Shown: piece after piece, positions 11,166 to 23,738 of the stretch
How the letters are laid out: every line of letters begins with the position of its first letter
Position numbering within the stretch: position 1 is the stretch's first letter
Source of the DNA: Octopus bimaculoides
Lineage: Eukaryota
Assembly: GCF_001194135.2 (NCBI RefSeq)
Contig: NC_068981.1
Location: 56,316,567 to 56,380,566 of the forward strand
Reading direction: 5' to 3'
Length of the DNA: 64,000 nt
The notes under the pieces: generated by a model
Databases searched by the model: none
Told to the model about the DNA's origin: nothing
What the model saw: the letters and a program-made list of their open reading frames with translations, nothing else
Translations under genes and position numbers: made by a program

Positions 11166-12479
11166 AGGTAGCGACAGAAGGTAAACTTACAAGAATAGAG
11201 CAGAAAGATATTGAAACCAGATTAAGTGGAAGTCTGGATTGTTAATGTCCATGTCAAAGAGATGTGGAGTATATGGAAACCCATATGCTACAAATTGTAG
11301 TCTCAGTTATTGACCTCAACAACGACCTACCCTTGTTTCCTAAGGCATTCACTCAGTATTTTCATAATGGCATATGTAGCAAGATATCCTATGTTGAATC
11401 AATGCATAGTCGAAAATTAAACTCAAAAGAATATGAATAAATTATTGATTAATATCTAAAATTTTACTAAAATAACATTTGGTGTGAAAGAAACACATGC
11501 ATAGACGAACACGCACATTCAGATACATGCGCATACATTTATACAAACAAGCATACGTACGTTAGCGAGAAGATTCACTTATATGACACGCCACCATGAA
11601 GCCCCAGGTGGGCACATTAACACGCATGTCTACAAATAACCAGAGATATGCGCTCATTCTGTGTATGTATATATGGATCAACACATCTACACATGCCTAC
11701 ACGTATGTATATATATATATATATATATATNNNNNNNNNNNNNNNNNNNNNNNNNNNNNNNNNNNNNNNNNNNNNNNNNNNNNNNNNNNNNNNNNNNNNN
11801 NNNNNNNNNNNNNNNNNNNNNNNNNNNNNNNNNNNNNNNNNNNNNNNNNNNNNNNNNNNNNNNNNNNNNNNNNNNNNNNNNNNNNNNNNNNNNNNNNNNN
11901 NNNNNNNNNNNNNNNNNNNNNNNNNNNNNNNNNNNNNNNNNNNNNNNNNNNNNNNNNNNNNNNNNNNNNNNNNNNNNNNNNNNNNNNNNNNNNNNNNNNN
12001 NNNNNNNNNNNNNNNNNNNNNNNNNNNNNNNNNNNNNNNNNNNNNNNNNNNNNNNNNNNNNNNNNNNNNNNNNNNNNNNNNNNNNNNNNNNNNNNNNNNN
12101 NNNNNNNNNNNNNNNNNNNNNNNNNNNNNNNNNNNNNNNNNNNNNNNNNNNNNNNNNNNNNNNNNNNNNNNNNNNNNNNNNNNNNNNNNNNNNNNNNNNN
12201 NNNNNNNNNNNNNNNNNNNNNNNNNNNNNNNNNNNNNNNNNNNNNNNNNNNNNNNNNNNNNNNNNNNNNNNNNNNNNNNNNNNNNNNNNNNNNNNNNNNN
12301 NNNNNNNNNNNNNNNNNNNNNNNNNNNNNNNNNNNNNNNNNNNTATGCATATATATACATGTGTGCATACTCTCTTCCGTTTGTAATTATTTGAAGTCTT
12401 CCTGTTAAAAAGAGCTGGTTTCTAACAAAGATACGAAGCTCCATCTTTGGAATATCGATAACATAAACAATGTCTTATT

Positions 12480-13330
12480 TTGATCATGGGCAAAGTCTTG
12501 CATATTTTTACTGTTCCGCTTACAGATTATATTTGTAATGTATGTGTTAACTGGCTGATTTCTTTTTTTGAAAACCGTAGCTTTTCCAGATTGTTAGTTA
12601 GGCATTTACTAGCGAAACTAAGTGCATCAATTAACATTGGCATACATGGGATTTTATAATTTTGGTATGGAAGCTGAAGATTTCGAAGCAGTTGCTTCTC
12701 TTTGATTTTCGAAGAGATATTCACATCAGCTGGCCGGCTGACATCTATGATTGCACATAGATTTTCTTGTCTGTCCCAAACGACAGTATCCGGCCTGTTA
12801 TGTTTACACTTGGTTGATGTTTTGACTGGAATGCTCCCCCACTCTTCCTGTGGTCATGTTTACGTATGTATTCAATAACAGGCAGATTATATTGACCCTA
12901 GGTAGTCTATTCTTAGATAGCTTTGTATATTGTTTAGGAGGTAGTACGTTGATGATATTTTCGGGACGTTGCTGACCACATGTGTGATGTCTTCCTCAAA
13001 AAAGTGATAAGTGATATAATCGACATTTCGGTGGCATTTTCGGGCTCTAAGTGCTTCACTGTCTCTTTTGTTTAATAGATATTGTGTCGCAAACTCTTAC
13101 TCTAGAATTGCAAACGCATAGCCATCGATGTGTGGTGTTATGTAGCAGCCAGAATTTCGAGAAAGGCTGCACTTGATGTTGATATTTGTGTCATCTTTAA
13201 GTGTTCGGGAAAGATACTCATACAAAGTCTTTGTTCTGGTATGCTGAGCGTTTCACATCGAAATCTTCTTTGAAGTATGTTAGTCCAACTGGTTTGGAGT
13301 TTATGGAAGGTCATTGAAGATATAATACTT
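12480..13330 (-). mobile_element. Decayed R4/CRE-like RLE retrotransposon fragment (distinct lineage from the 7306 copy)
   Basis: EEDITHVVSN.PK.SS.YYL and SIPVKTSTKCKHNRPDTVVWDRQENLCAIIDVSRPADVNISSKIKEK...LLRNLQL.Y.NYK; C-terminus ...LQI.SVSGTVKICKT. 5' boundary uncertain. Confidence 0.75.
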
Positions 13331-13884
13331 CCTGAAGGGCTCACTGTCAACACGTACGATGTTGTTTATTTCACTTTAGTACTAGGTTTATATATTTATT
13401 TTTTGCTCGTTTTGTATAGCAGGAGCTCTCTAAGAAAACTTGCCTGCACTGATTTCAAGCACCTACTTTCTTTATTTCTTCTTAGGTAGAACGTGCCAAT
13501 ATCAGTGTTTTTGTGAAAGTTTCCAGTCGACGTCTGGATTTCAAAGTCTATGGAAAAGATTTCCTCCACAAATCAATCAAGTATTCCACCCCAAACGTAC
13601 GCACACACACACACACGCACACACACGCGCACGCACACACACATGGAAAGGTCATAATTCGAATGAGTACTTAAGACATGTGTTTGGTAGAATGGATAAG
13701 TTTGTCAGTAGCACAAAACCCTTTGAAGAGTTGAAATCCAAATAAGTAAATGAGTGGAAACTTTACCGGTGACTGTATTAAATGATAAGGCATTAAAAGA
13801 GAATGACTCTCCCCGCTCAAGATGAAATATGCCTCAACACACGAACTCACATAAAGAATCTTGCAAACCAAATCCCAAAATGAT

Positions 13885-14360
13885 ATATCAACCTACGAGA
13901 CCTCTTGGTCCACAGCTTCTTCCCTAACCCAACCTCCCAACCTGGCTCGTTCCCCTGCTCCCACCCACACTGCCACACTTGCCCTAACCTCTCCAACACC
14001 ACCCTCCTCACTGGCACCCATCATCGACCCTATCGTATCACTGACTCCTTCACCTGCACTTCTAGCAACGTCATCTACTGCATTTCCTGATCTCTCTGTC
14101 CATCTCTATACATCGGTCAAACGAGACGCCGCTTGGCTGACCGGTTCGCGAAACATCACCGAGACATCCGACTCAGTAACGACACCCCGGTCTCACGCCA
14201 TTTCCGGTATACCGGTCATTCTTTACAACACCTGTCTGTGTTCGGATTGTCCTTGCACAGGGGCCATCCGGACACACGTCTTCGCCGTGAACAGGGATTA
14301 ATCTTTTCTCTTCGCTGTTTTGCGCCACATGGGCTCAACTCTCCTCCCCTTTTCCTCTAA
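13885..14360 (+). mobile_element. Penelope-like element (Neptune-type) Zn-linker plus GIY-YIG endonuclease fragment
   Basis: NLRDLLVHS...PCSHPHCHTCP...FTCTSSNVIYCIS / LYIGQTRRRLADRF.KH.RDIR...PVSRHF...GHS...EQ.LIFSL.CFAPHGLN, split by a frameshift near 14090. Confidence 0.9.
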
Positions 14361-15219
14361 CCCTACTCCTCTCTTCTCTCTTCCTCTCACACCTACTTCC
14401 TCTCACCCACCTCTCCTCTCTTGCTCTGACACATACTTTCTCTCTTCACTCCTACCCACCTCCCCCCTTACACCAACTCCCTTTATCGTCACTCCTCTCT
14501 CGTTACCTCATCCCTACAATTCCAATCCCACCATCCCTATAAATACCATCCCACCTCACCCCATCCATTNNNNNNNNNNNNNNNNNNNNNNNNNNNNNNN
14601 NNNNNNNNNNNNNNNNNNNNNNNNNNNNNNNNNNNNNNNNNNNNNNNNNNNNNNNNNNNNNNNNNNNNNNNNNNNNNNNNNNNNNNNNNNNNNNNNNNNN
14701 NNNNNNNNNNNNNNNNNNNNNNNNNNNNNNNNNNNNNNNNNNNNNNNNNNNNNNNNNNNNNNNNNNNNNNNNNNNNNNNNNNNNNNNNNNNNNNNNNNNN
14801 NNNNNNNNNNNNNNNNNNNNNNNNNNNNNNNNNNNNNNNNNNNNNNNNNNNNNNNNNNNNNNNNNNNNNNNNNNNNNNNNNNNNNNNNNNNNNNNNNNNN
14901 NNNNNNNNNNNNNNNNNNNNNNNNNNNNNNNNNNNNNNNNNNNNNNNNNNNNNNNNNNNNNNNNNNNNNNNNNNNNNNNNNNNNNNNNNNNNNNNNNNNN
15001 NNNNNNNNNNNNNNNNNNNNNNNNNNNNNNNNNNNNNNNNNNNNNNNNNNNNNNNNNNNNNNNNNNNNNNNNNNNNNNNNNNNNNNNNNNNNNNNNNNNN
15101 NNNNNNNNNNNNNNNNNNNNNNNNNNNNNNNNNNNNNNNNNNNNNNNNNNNNNNNNNNNNNNNNNNNNNNNNNNNNNNNNNNNNNNNNNNNNNNNNNNNN
15201 NNNNNNNNNNNNNNNNNNN

Positions 15220-15255
<36 letters not shown>

Positions 15256-15542
15256 TGTGTGTGTGTGTGTGTGTGTCTTTGTGTGTATTTACATTTATAT
15301 ATGAGTGTGTGTATACACATATTCACACGTGCGCGAAAACGTGTAGGATATCTTTAAATACGTAAATAATGGCATTTCTGGTCACTATCCAATTAGCTAG
15401 GCTGTCATGTTTGCGAGGTTTTCACTGGGAGCTGTTTTTTTTAAACAAGAGACGCGGGTTGCAGATGGAGTAGAAGCAATTACGGATATTTACTACATTC
15501 TCAAACTTTTTAATTAGTGTGACTCTAAGTTTTATATAACAG

Positions 15543-15586
15543 ATATCTTCAACATAGAAATGGAAGTTAAGATACAAACATCTACA
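15543..15586 (+). CDS. Candidate small exon (IFNIEMEVKIQTST) of an unidentified host gene
   Basis: ttttatataacag acceptor, ACA|gtaagt donor; only one of three frames is open. No homology recognised. Confidence 0.3.
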
Positions 15587-15692
15587 GTAAGTACATTTTT
15601 TGACAAGTTGTTTAACTCCATTGAGATCTGCATACGTAAACATATGATCACAAGCAGTCATTCCAGCAGTGACAATTTCTCTTTAATTTCAG

Positions 15693-15709
15693 AAAGTGTC
15701 TCTCAAACT
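15693..15709 (+). CDS. Candidate 17-nt microexon (KVSLK+)
   Basis: tttctctttaatttcag acceptor, ACT|gtgagt donor, 106-nt intron from the previous candidate, phase compatible. Confidence 0.28.
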
Positions 15710-16785
15710 GTGAGTCATTCCTGTGTTTTAAGACTCTAAGGTTCGTTTTGTCGGAAAACTTGACTGCTATCAACATGAGGCTCCTTAGATGGCTCAGCTG
15801 CTTGACAAGTAGAAAGAAATGATTTAGATATGTAACCGCCGTAATAAGCCAGTCCTAAAGAGTTATGATGGACAACGCTATTTCAAAACAAGATGATATA
15901 TCGAACAAGCGTAGGCTTCGCCGATAGGCTGGTGCTGTCGGCAATGCTTGCTTACTTATTAATAGTAGGTATTACAGCTACAGTATCAGTCCTTCTACTA
16001 TCTTAGATCGAATCCTGTTACGTTTGATGATAATGGTGTCGATAAAATAAATGCTGGTAATCTGCTGAGAAAATTTGATCGACTATACCTGTGCTCTACA
16101 CATTTCTGGTCGTGTATCAATGGCAGTAATCATTATTGTAGCCTGGTATATCTACGAGTAGAGTGTAGAGATCCAAATATTGAATTAGTAACACAAGACC
16201 GATGGGTGCTGAGACGTTTTCTAGTTAAATTTTATTTTTCTAAAGGAGATCGAGTATAGTAAAATTAATCTCTACACCATAATACTTAATATATATTACT
16301 CTAGTATATTACAGTATATTACAGTATATTACACTATATTATTGTGTATTACTCTACAGTATAGTGCATGCTTTTACAGACACACGCACGCACTAACACA
16401 TGCATTTGAAAAAGAAAAACAAATTTATCGCTTCATGAAATTTAACTCTTTCAAAATAGTTCCATTTACTGTTGATATACGCATCAAACCAGTTTTTTTT
16501 TTTTGATTTTGGATTAAGTTTTCAAGGTTTGTACGAAGTTCTCGTAGAGAATGTTCTTCGATTTCTAGTATCGTGTCGCACACTACCAAAATCTTACGAA
16601 TAAAGAATGATCTGTAGTAGGTGTGTCGTTGTGTTGTTGCAGCATTGGAATTTGTTTACCATGCCTCAGGTCCTTTTTCTTTCGCACAGCCTTTCTTAAG
16701 AGTAAGTCTCTTTATGGGCCGTTAGATCACAGATCAAACTGAGGATGAATGACTCCTTTAATAAAAAGTTACGATCAATATTCTT

Positions 16786-17208
16786 TTCTACTCTAGGTAC
16801 AAGGCCAGAAACTTTTGGGGAGGAGGCTAGTCGATTACATCGACCCCAGTATGCAACTGGTACTTAACTTATCGACCTCGAAAGGATGAAAGGCAAAGTC
16901 GACCTCGGCGGAATTTGAACTCAGAACGTAAAGACAGACGATACCGCTAAGTATTTCACCCGGCATGCTAATGTTTCTTATTTCTTTATTGCCCACAAGG
17001 GGCTAAACATAGAGGGGACAAACAATAACATACAAAGGAATTAAGTCGATTACATCGACCCCAGTGCGTAAGTGGTACTTAATTTATCGACCCCGAAGAG
17101 ATGATAGGCAAAGTCAACCTCGGCGGAATTTGAACTCAGAACGTAACGGCAGACGAAATACTGCTAAGCATTTCGCCCGGCGTGCTAACGCTTCTGCCAG
17201 CTCGCCGT
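16786..17208 (-). mobile_element. Two tandem tRNA-derived SINEs (family A) with different 3' tails
   Basis: Head ggcgagctggcagaa..cgttagc...ttctgagttcaaattccgccgagg (A/B boxes) and body gtcgac-tttgcctttcatcc...ctggggtcgatgtaatcgac; copies 16786-16977 and 16978-17208. Confidence 0.88.
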
Positions 17209-17309
17209 CTTCTTACGACCAATATTACCTTCACACTTGAGTAATACTGATAAGCCTTTATAGTAGCGACGACAGTGATCCAGCACACTGCGGTGACAGT
17301 CTTTCTCTT

Positions 17310-17700
17310 TCGAAATCGTAGACGCGTTCTCACACTTTTCAGAAAGTTTGCATCGACATTTGAACATCATCGGTTCCTTTTATGTTGATCAGTCACCAAA
17401 CGCAGCGCAAACTTTGAGGAAATATGATGCATCATCAATTTCATTTTAAAAAGCATATGGCAAGAAATTTTAACAGATGTTTGCTTCTTCGCAAACTTCA
17501 TTTACAGTCAGGCGACGGATTTTACGAATCACAGCATGCACTTATGCAATATGGTCATTGTCCGTGCGATGTACGAGTAGACCAAAGACCATATGACGTA
17601 ATGTAATGTCGCTAAAGTAAAGGTCATCCATTTACATCACTGCAGCTGCGGGCACACAGCGCTGGCAGTTAGGTTTCGTTTTAGACATATATCATTATCA
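17310..17700 (-). mobile_element. Mariner (DD34D-type) transposase remnant, HTH region
   Basis: Frameshifted minus-strand translation: ...DNDHIA*VHAVIRKIRRLTVNEVCEEANI..SCH.L..KL.MH.ISSKF..RLVTDQHK.NR...DANFLKSV, matching mariner 'RRLTVRE.AEE..IS..SCH.IL...L.M..VSAKFVPRLLT..QK..R'. Confidence 0.75.
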
Positions 17701-17960
17701 ACATCAATATCATAATCAATGTCAATATATATAACCTCTGAACTCTATACGTGTTTACATTCTCTCTGTGTTTATTTCCTCTTATTCATTTCTGCTCTTC
17801 GTCTTTTGTTTTTCTATAAATTTCAACTATATATNNNNNNNNNNNNNNNNNNNNNNNNNNNNNNNNNNNNNNNNNNNNNNNNNNATATATATATATATAT
17901 ATATATAAGTGTGTGTTCTTTTGTGCGTGTATGCATGTATGTATATATATGTATTTTAAC

Positions 17961-18130
17961 TGGGTGAGTTGGTAGAATCATTAGCACGCCGTACAAAATA
18001 CTTTCTGGCATTCTGTATGTCTCTACCTTCTCAGATCAAATTCCGCTGAGGTCGACTTTGCCTTTCATCCTTTCGTGGTCGATAAAATAAGTACCAGTTG
18101 AACATTGATGGTCAATGTAATCGACTTACA
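17961..18130 (+). mobile_element. tRNA-derived SINE, family A
   Basis: gagttggtagaatcattagcacgcc...tcaaattccgctgaggtcgactttgcctttcatcctttcgtggtcgataaaataagtaccag. Confidence 0.85.
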
Positions 18131-18150
18131 TTGTCCATTTAGTAGAAAGG

Positions 18151-18256
18151 ATTATTATTATTATCATTATTGAGTGAGACACCAGTGCATGCCATTAAAG
18201 TGACACTGGGGTATTGGGCAGCATATTTGCTGTAGCCCATCTTTTATATCATGACT
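18151..18256 (-). mobile_element. Internally deleted copy of 'element B' (R4-type 3'-UTR-like repeat) with (AAT)n tail
   Basis: gtcatgatataaaagatgggctacagcaaatat matches 56322-56354 and ccccagtgtcactttaatggc matches 56776-56796; the intervening ~420 nt are missing here. Confidence 0.75.
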
Positions 18257-19855
18257 TTTATTATTATAATAATAATAATAATAATTATTATTATTATTAT
18301 AGACGTCACACAGTATACGGTATCGTGAGGTTGTTGATCGAAGATATTGTGTCAACTGGCGATTTGTATTGTTTGTCAAGTCACAATAAGAACCTCGGAC
18401 AGACAGTACTTTACGCAATATCCGTGCTGTTCCAAGTAATGCCGATTTTTGCTATACACCTAGATTGTAAGGTATTTCTAAAGTTTGCAGATATTTTTTC
18501 AGGTTGGGTGGTATTGAATACACTGCTCCGATGACAATAAGGATAACCTTTATGTTTGACTCGCGAAGCTGCCACATCTTAGCGATCTCAATTTTCAGGT
18601 CTCCATATTTATCAATCTTTTTCTCTTTCTTTCATGACAATATGTTGATCTCCTGGCATTGCCACGTCAATTATTGGGCACGCTTGCTTGTCCCTCCTAA
18701 AGATTACTGTATCTGGCCTTCGGAGCTCTAACATCTTGTGTGTCTGAAAGTCAAAGTCCCAGAAAATTTTGGCCTTCGCTGTTCATCCATTACCTTTTCT
18801 GATATATGTTGGTACCAAGCACCCCTAACCTCATACCCATACTTCCGGCATAGCAGCCAGGGGAAATTTTCACAAGCACTAACAATGTGAGCCACGCTTT
18901 CGGCCCTCTTCTCACACATTTTGCAGAGGCCCGTTGTACTTGTGTGGTATATATTCATTTTCACTGAGTTGGTATTCAATGTGTGGTCCTGGGCAGCGAT
19001 GTTAGGCTTTCAGTTTGCTTTTTTAGGTCACCCTTGTTAAGTCACCTCCATGATGTTGGTTTCACAGTGGAACCGACCATGTAATTCTATACAGAGTAGG
19101 ATTTCTTCTCTCTCGTTGACTGTTCGTGATCGGAATTCCTGAGCACTGTCAAGTCCATTTTTGTTAAAGCCTTCTGCATCAGCAGCATACTATAGCAGGT
19201 CTTGTTTGCTGTTTACCAAATATTCTGCCATGTTTCTTCTTTCACTGTTGATGCACTCCCGTACGCTAATCAGCTCACGTCCACCTTTACACCCCTTCAT
19301 GTAGAGCTTGTCTATATTCGCCTTAGGGTGGAGGGCGCCATACATCGTCATTGTCTTTCGGGTGGTGCGATCATGTTGTTTAATCTCCGCTTGTACCCAT
19401 TTCAGGATGAGTGCTCTATAGCGGACAACAGCAACTGCCCATATGTTGATGGCAGTCACAAGGTTCCTTGAGTTGAATTTTGAATTCAAGAGAAGTTTAA
19501 ATCGCTTGAAATATGCGGTAATGACCTTGTTTTTCATTTCTTTATGCAAAATTTTGTTCATCTCCAGGATCCCAAGGTACTTATACCCATCATCACCCGG
19601 GTCTTCCATTCTCTGTCCGTTTGGCAATGCTATGCCCCTACAATTTACTCTTTTTCCCCGCTTCAAAGTAAGCACCGCACACTTCGAGATACCGAATTCC
19701 ATCCTTATATCCTTGCTAATCATTTGTATTTCAACTAGCCTCTCCATTTCAGGCTCTATTTTTGCGAACAGTTTTAAATCATCCACGAAGGGAAGGTGGT
19801 TGAGACGAGCTCCTTTCTTTCTCAGCTCATAGAGCGTGTTGACTTTGCGTAGGAC
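18257..19855 (-). mobile_element. 5'-truncated R4/Dong-like LINE (RT C-terminal half, knuckle, RLE, (TAA)n tail)
   Basis: NHLPFVDDLKLFAK...MEFGISKCAVL...YKYLGILE...AINIWAVAVVRY...ALHPKANIDKLYM...GGRELIS (19190-19800); CKMCEKRAESVAHIVSAC (18728-18979); QKSALLGTARILRKVLS. (TTA)n at both ends (18257-18300, 19856-19882). Confidence 0.92.
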
Positions 19856-19899
19856 TTATTATTATTATTATTATTATTATTATGATTTCTAGTGGGGCG

Positions 19900-20330
19900 A
19901 GTCAAGGTAAACAAACACAATATGCACATTAGAGGTTACAAAATCCACATTGCATGGAAGAACAAATTAAAGACAGTCCTAAACAGGATATATATTGTAA
20001 TCTATCGCTTGATCCTATGACCGGACATCTTTTTTTGTTGAGTGAATCACGTTGCATCATTGTCCATCTAAAACTGAAAGGATTGCAATAACGCATAGTT
20101 TTTCGATCAGATTTCAGATCACTACGTTCGACTTTGATCGTCCATGAATCCTTAAACGAGACACTTGTAAACAGGATGATGGTGCAATAACGCGTCCGGC
20201 GAGATCTCCCGGCACGACAATCTGTGATTTCTTTCTTTGGCGATTCGTCAAATACCTTGAGTAGGATACACGAACGACATTGATGGTTTAAAACATAAAT
20301 CACAGCTGCTTTAAATAAACTACTGTGGGT
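19900..20330 (-). mobile_element. Possible very decayed Tc1-like transposase N-terminus
   Basis: KEITDCRAGRSRRT...KVERSDLKSDRKTMRY weakly parallels the Tc1 paired-like HTH and 'RSGR.K.SDRD.R.L' linker; no catalytic motif seen. Confidence 0.3.
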
Positions 20331-20527
20331 TCAGTGTAGCATGCATTGCAGCATTGCGTGTAGAAAATAGATGTTTCATGAACCGATAATAGCGCACAGA
20401 TTGAATGTTTGCAACATTGTATTTTGACAGAAAAAGTTTCGATATTACAGATTCTAAATAACTTTATTTAATCTTCTCAGTATATCATTATTAAAAGATA
20501 ACACTGTATATTAGTGTATTGGTGTGC

Positions 20528-20850
<323 letters not shown>

Positions 20851-21835
20851 CGTGTGTGAAAATATCCTTGTTCATACAAGGAAGAGATATTTACATTAAT
20901 AATTTTAATATTTTGAGAATCTGAGAAACTGGATTAATGGAAAAGGTAAAAAAATGGTGAGAGAAAAATTTGTTTGTGAGTACGTGTGAGTTTGTGTATG
21001 TGTGAGTGTGTGTGTGTGCATGTGCATGCATCTATGTGTGCATGGTTGTGCTTGTATTATACATACATACATACATACATACAAACATACATAGACACAT
21101 GCATATACATAGAAACACCTATATACACTCACATGTATATGAAGAGGGTGAATGAGAGAGAGAATATGAGAAGGTTGTTACTGAATTAGAGCGCAAGTGT
21201 GTGAAAAGAAGAGGGAAAGAAAGATTGGGAGTGGTTGAAAAGGTTTGATTGTCGTTTAATTAGCTATATAAGATGTGTTGAAAGACGAGAGTGTCTATAT
21301 TGCCACGTAGTTGTAATTAAACATGCTTATATTTTTTTCTTTCAATTAAATTACATCAGAAATGGATGATGTCAAAAATATAAGCCAACGCCAGCTAATG
21401 ATGCTTTTTTCCTTCGTTTAAATTAATCGAAAGTAGCAAATCAATTAATATAAAAACCAGACAGATAAACATTTAATTCGTTGATTAATAACGAAAACAT
21501 ATAATCTGTTTATTAAAAGCTCTTAAATATCTATTTATTTATTCATATCTTTCTAACTTCTTTAATTTTTTTTGAAAGGAAATCACTCTGTAATGTAAAA
21601 TCATAATATGATCTAAAAGTATAAATTCGACATTTTAGACAAGAAATATTTATCAGTTCGTGATCAAGAAAGGCAAGGTGTGGGGCTGACTTAGCAACGT
21701 TCATGTATTAGAAAACGTATTAGTGACGAAAGCACATAACACAATCGTTTCTTTATGAGACCAAGATATGATGGTTTCTTTAGTGGAAGAGGGAAAATGA
21801 AGCTGTCACATAAATGCCTTTCTTAAATGCATTAG

Positions 21836-21876
21836 CACCGTATGGGAAGAGAACGGACTTCGCTGTATAACTAAAA
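21836..21876 (+). CDS. Candidate exon (TVWEENGLRCITK)
   Basis: Weak acceptor ...atgcattag, AAA|gtaagt donor; only one frame open. Confidence 0.22.
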
Positions 21877-22833
21877 GTAAGTTGTAGACAGCACTCGTCT
21901 TGGGGTTACCTATTTTTCTATGATACCAACTTGTAGGTTTTCTTTATCTCCAGACTAGCCCTGACTAACAAGACATGCGAGTATCGGCAGTCTGACCGTG
22001 ACCAACCCATCTATTTTTCACATCAAAGACTACATTGCCTATTGAATTCACTTTCGTTTTATTGAATTTTAAGATGGTATGGAGAGATTTGAGGCAAATT
22101 TAGCTGTTATTTATAGCAGATCGGAGATCTACAAAGGGAATACCTCAGTAAGAAAAACGCAGTGCTTTTTCAAAGAACAAGAACCTATGAGCAAACAAGA
22201 CAGCCTTTACCTGGTCGTTCGAGTTGCTAAACATAGTAACCAAATCAGTTATATCCTATCAAATCTAAAAAGCAAGGACAAAATGGATAAAAATATGCGT
22301 TAGCCTCGGCTACAATGTCCCTAACCAAAGCTCTGTTTGGTCAGGACTAACCTAGGGCAAAACAGTTGCAAGAACAGAGCGTTAGGTACTATAGATTCTT
22401 AAGAAAAGAATAAGTACCACAAGTCGACATTAATCTCATTCTAAATTATGGGGCATTGGATTGAATGAAAACACCAATGAAAATAAAAAAGAATGCTATA
22501 TAAACGTCATGGCTTTATAGAGAGTCGAGTTGCCAAAGCCCATTTCAAATTCTTGCAGAATCATTTTTATTTACTCAATGTACAATTCTCTTTTGAAGGT
22601 CTGAAAAAAAGTATGGCATAATTTCGGGCTGATGTGCCATTGGCCCGCTATATGAAGATGAAGTCTTTTGTAGTGCGCGGATCATTTAAATAAAGTAAAC
22701 GGGTGGCAGCATTTTTTTTCAGATGGATGTATTATTTAAGGAAACAATAAATATAACATACGGAACACCTCTTCCCCCCCCTCTCTCTCTATTTTCTCTC
22801 CCTGTATGAACGTATGCATGTACGAATGGATGG

Positions 22834-22876
<43 letters not shown>

Positions 22877-22902
22877 TATATATATATATATTTATACCCG
22901 TG

Positions 22903-22954
<52 letters not shown>

Positions 22955-23541
22955 CTTATAACACAGACACACACACATACACTCGTACACACACACACAC
23001 ACACACACGTGTACATAGGTATTATTATGTTTATGCATTTCTTTTTATTTACGATAACTTGCGGAAAAAGAATGATAAATCATTTTTTATCTATTCATCT
23101 AATAAAGAATATTGAATTTTTTCGGACATAAATATAAAGAAAAGATAGTAAGAAGATAGAGAAAATATGGAGAAAAAAAAATTCTATTAATCGGCAAAAA
23201 CTCTCAAAAGTCTACTCTAGCGAGAAAGTTTCTTTGAAATAAATTGCTTTATAATATTCGGCAGTAACTGCAATAGAAAGTAAACATATTTGTATGTGCC
23301 AGAAAAGACAAGACTGCAAGTGAAAATAGCTTTATGTATAAGTTAGTTAATCAAATCTATTACAAATAAGGCCAATTATATTGTGTGTGTCTGTGTGTGT
23401 GTGTGTGTGTGTCTGTAACGTGCAGATAGACTTATTCAAATATTCATATACATATGTTTACATGGTTTATATTTATATGTTTATGTCGGCGTTATGTACA
23501 AGCATACTCACACACGTATGTTTGTATAAATGTGCGTATCG

Positions 23542-23592
<51 letters not shown>

Positions 23593-23692
23593 TTGTGTGT
23601 GTGTGTATGTTTATGTGCATAATGTGTTTGCGTTTATTGAGTTACCAAGGGAGGCGGAAATATTTGGATGTTTTTGATGATGTCTTAAACAG

Positions 23693-23738
23693 AATTATGG
23701 TGGTAATGCTCTTCGGAGTCAAATATACAAATGACAAG
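23693..23738 (+). CDS. Candidate exon (IMVVMLFGVKYTNDK); alternative AAG acceptor would start it at 23650
   Basis: tcttaaacag acceptor, strong AAG|gtacgt donor; only one frame open; ends phase 0. Confidence 0.33.

Noticed and set aside
10939-11184. Gly/Asp-rich ORF
   Set aside because: GGT/GAT repeat tract with no flanking splice or coding support.
11596-12444. Long ORFs spanning N gaps (also near 14.3, 28-37, 45, 61 and 63 kb)
   Set aside because: Open only because N runs and (TA)/(CA) repeats lack stops; no coding evidence.
15883-15996. Hydrophobic 38-aa ORF (MIYRTSVGFADRLVLSAMLAYLLIVGITATVSVLLLS)
   Set aside because: No good splice acceptor or homology; hydrophobic ORFs arise readily in T-rich DNA.
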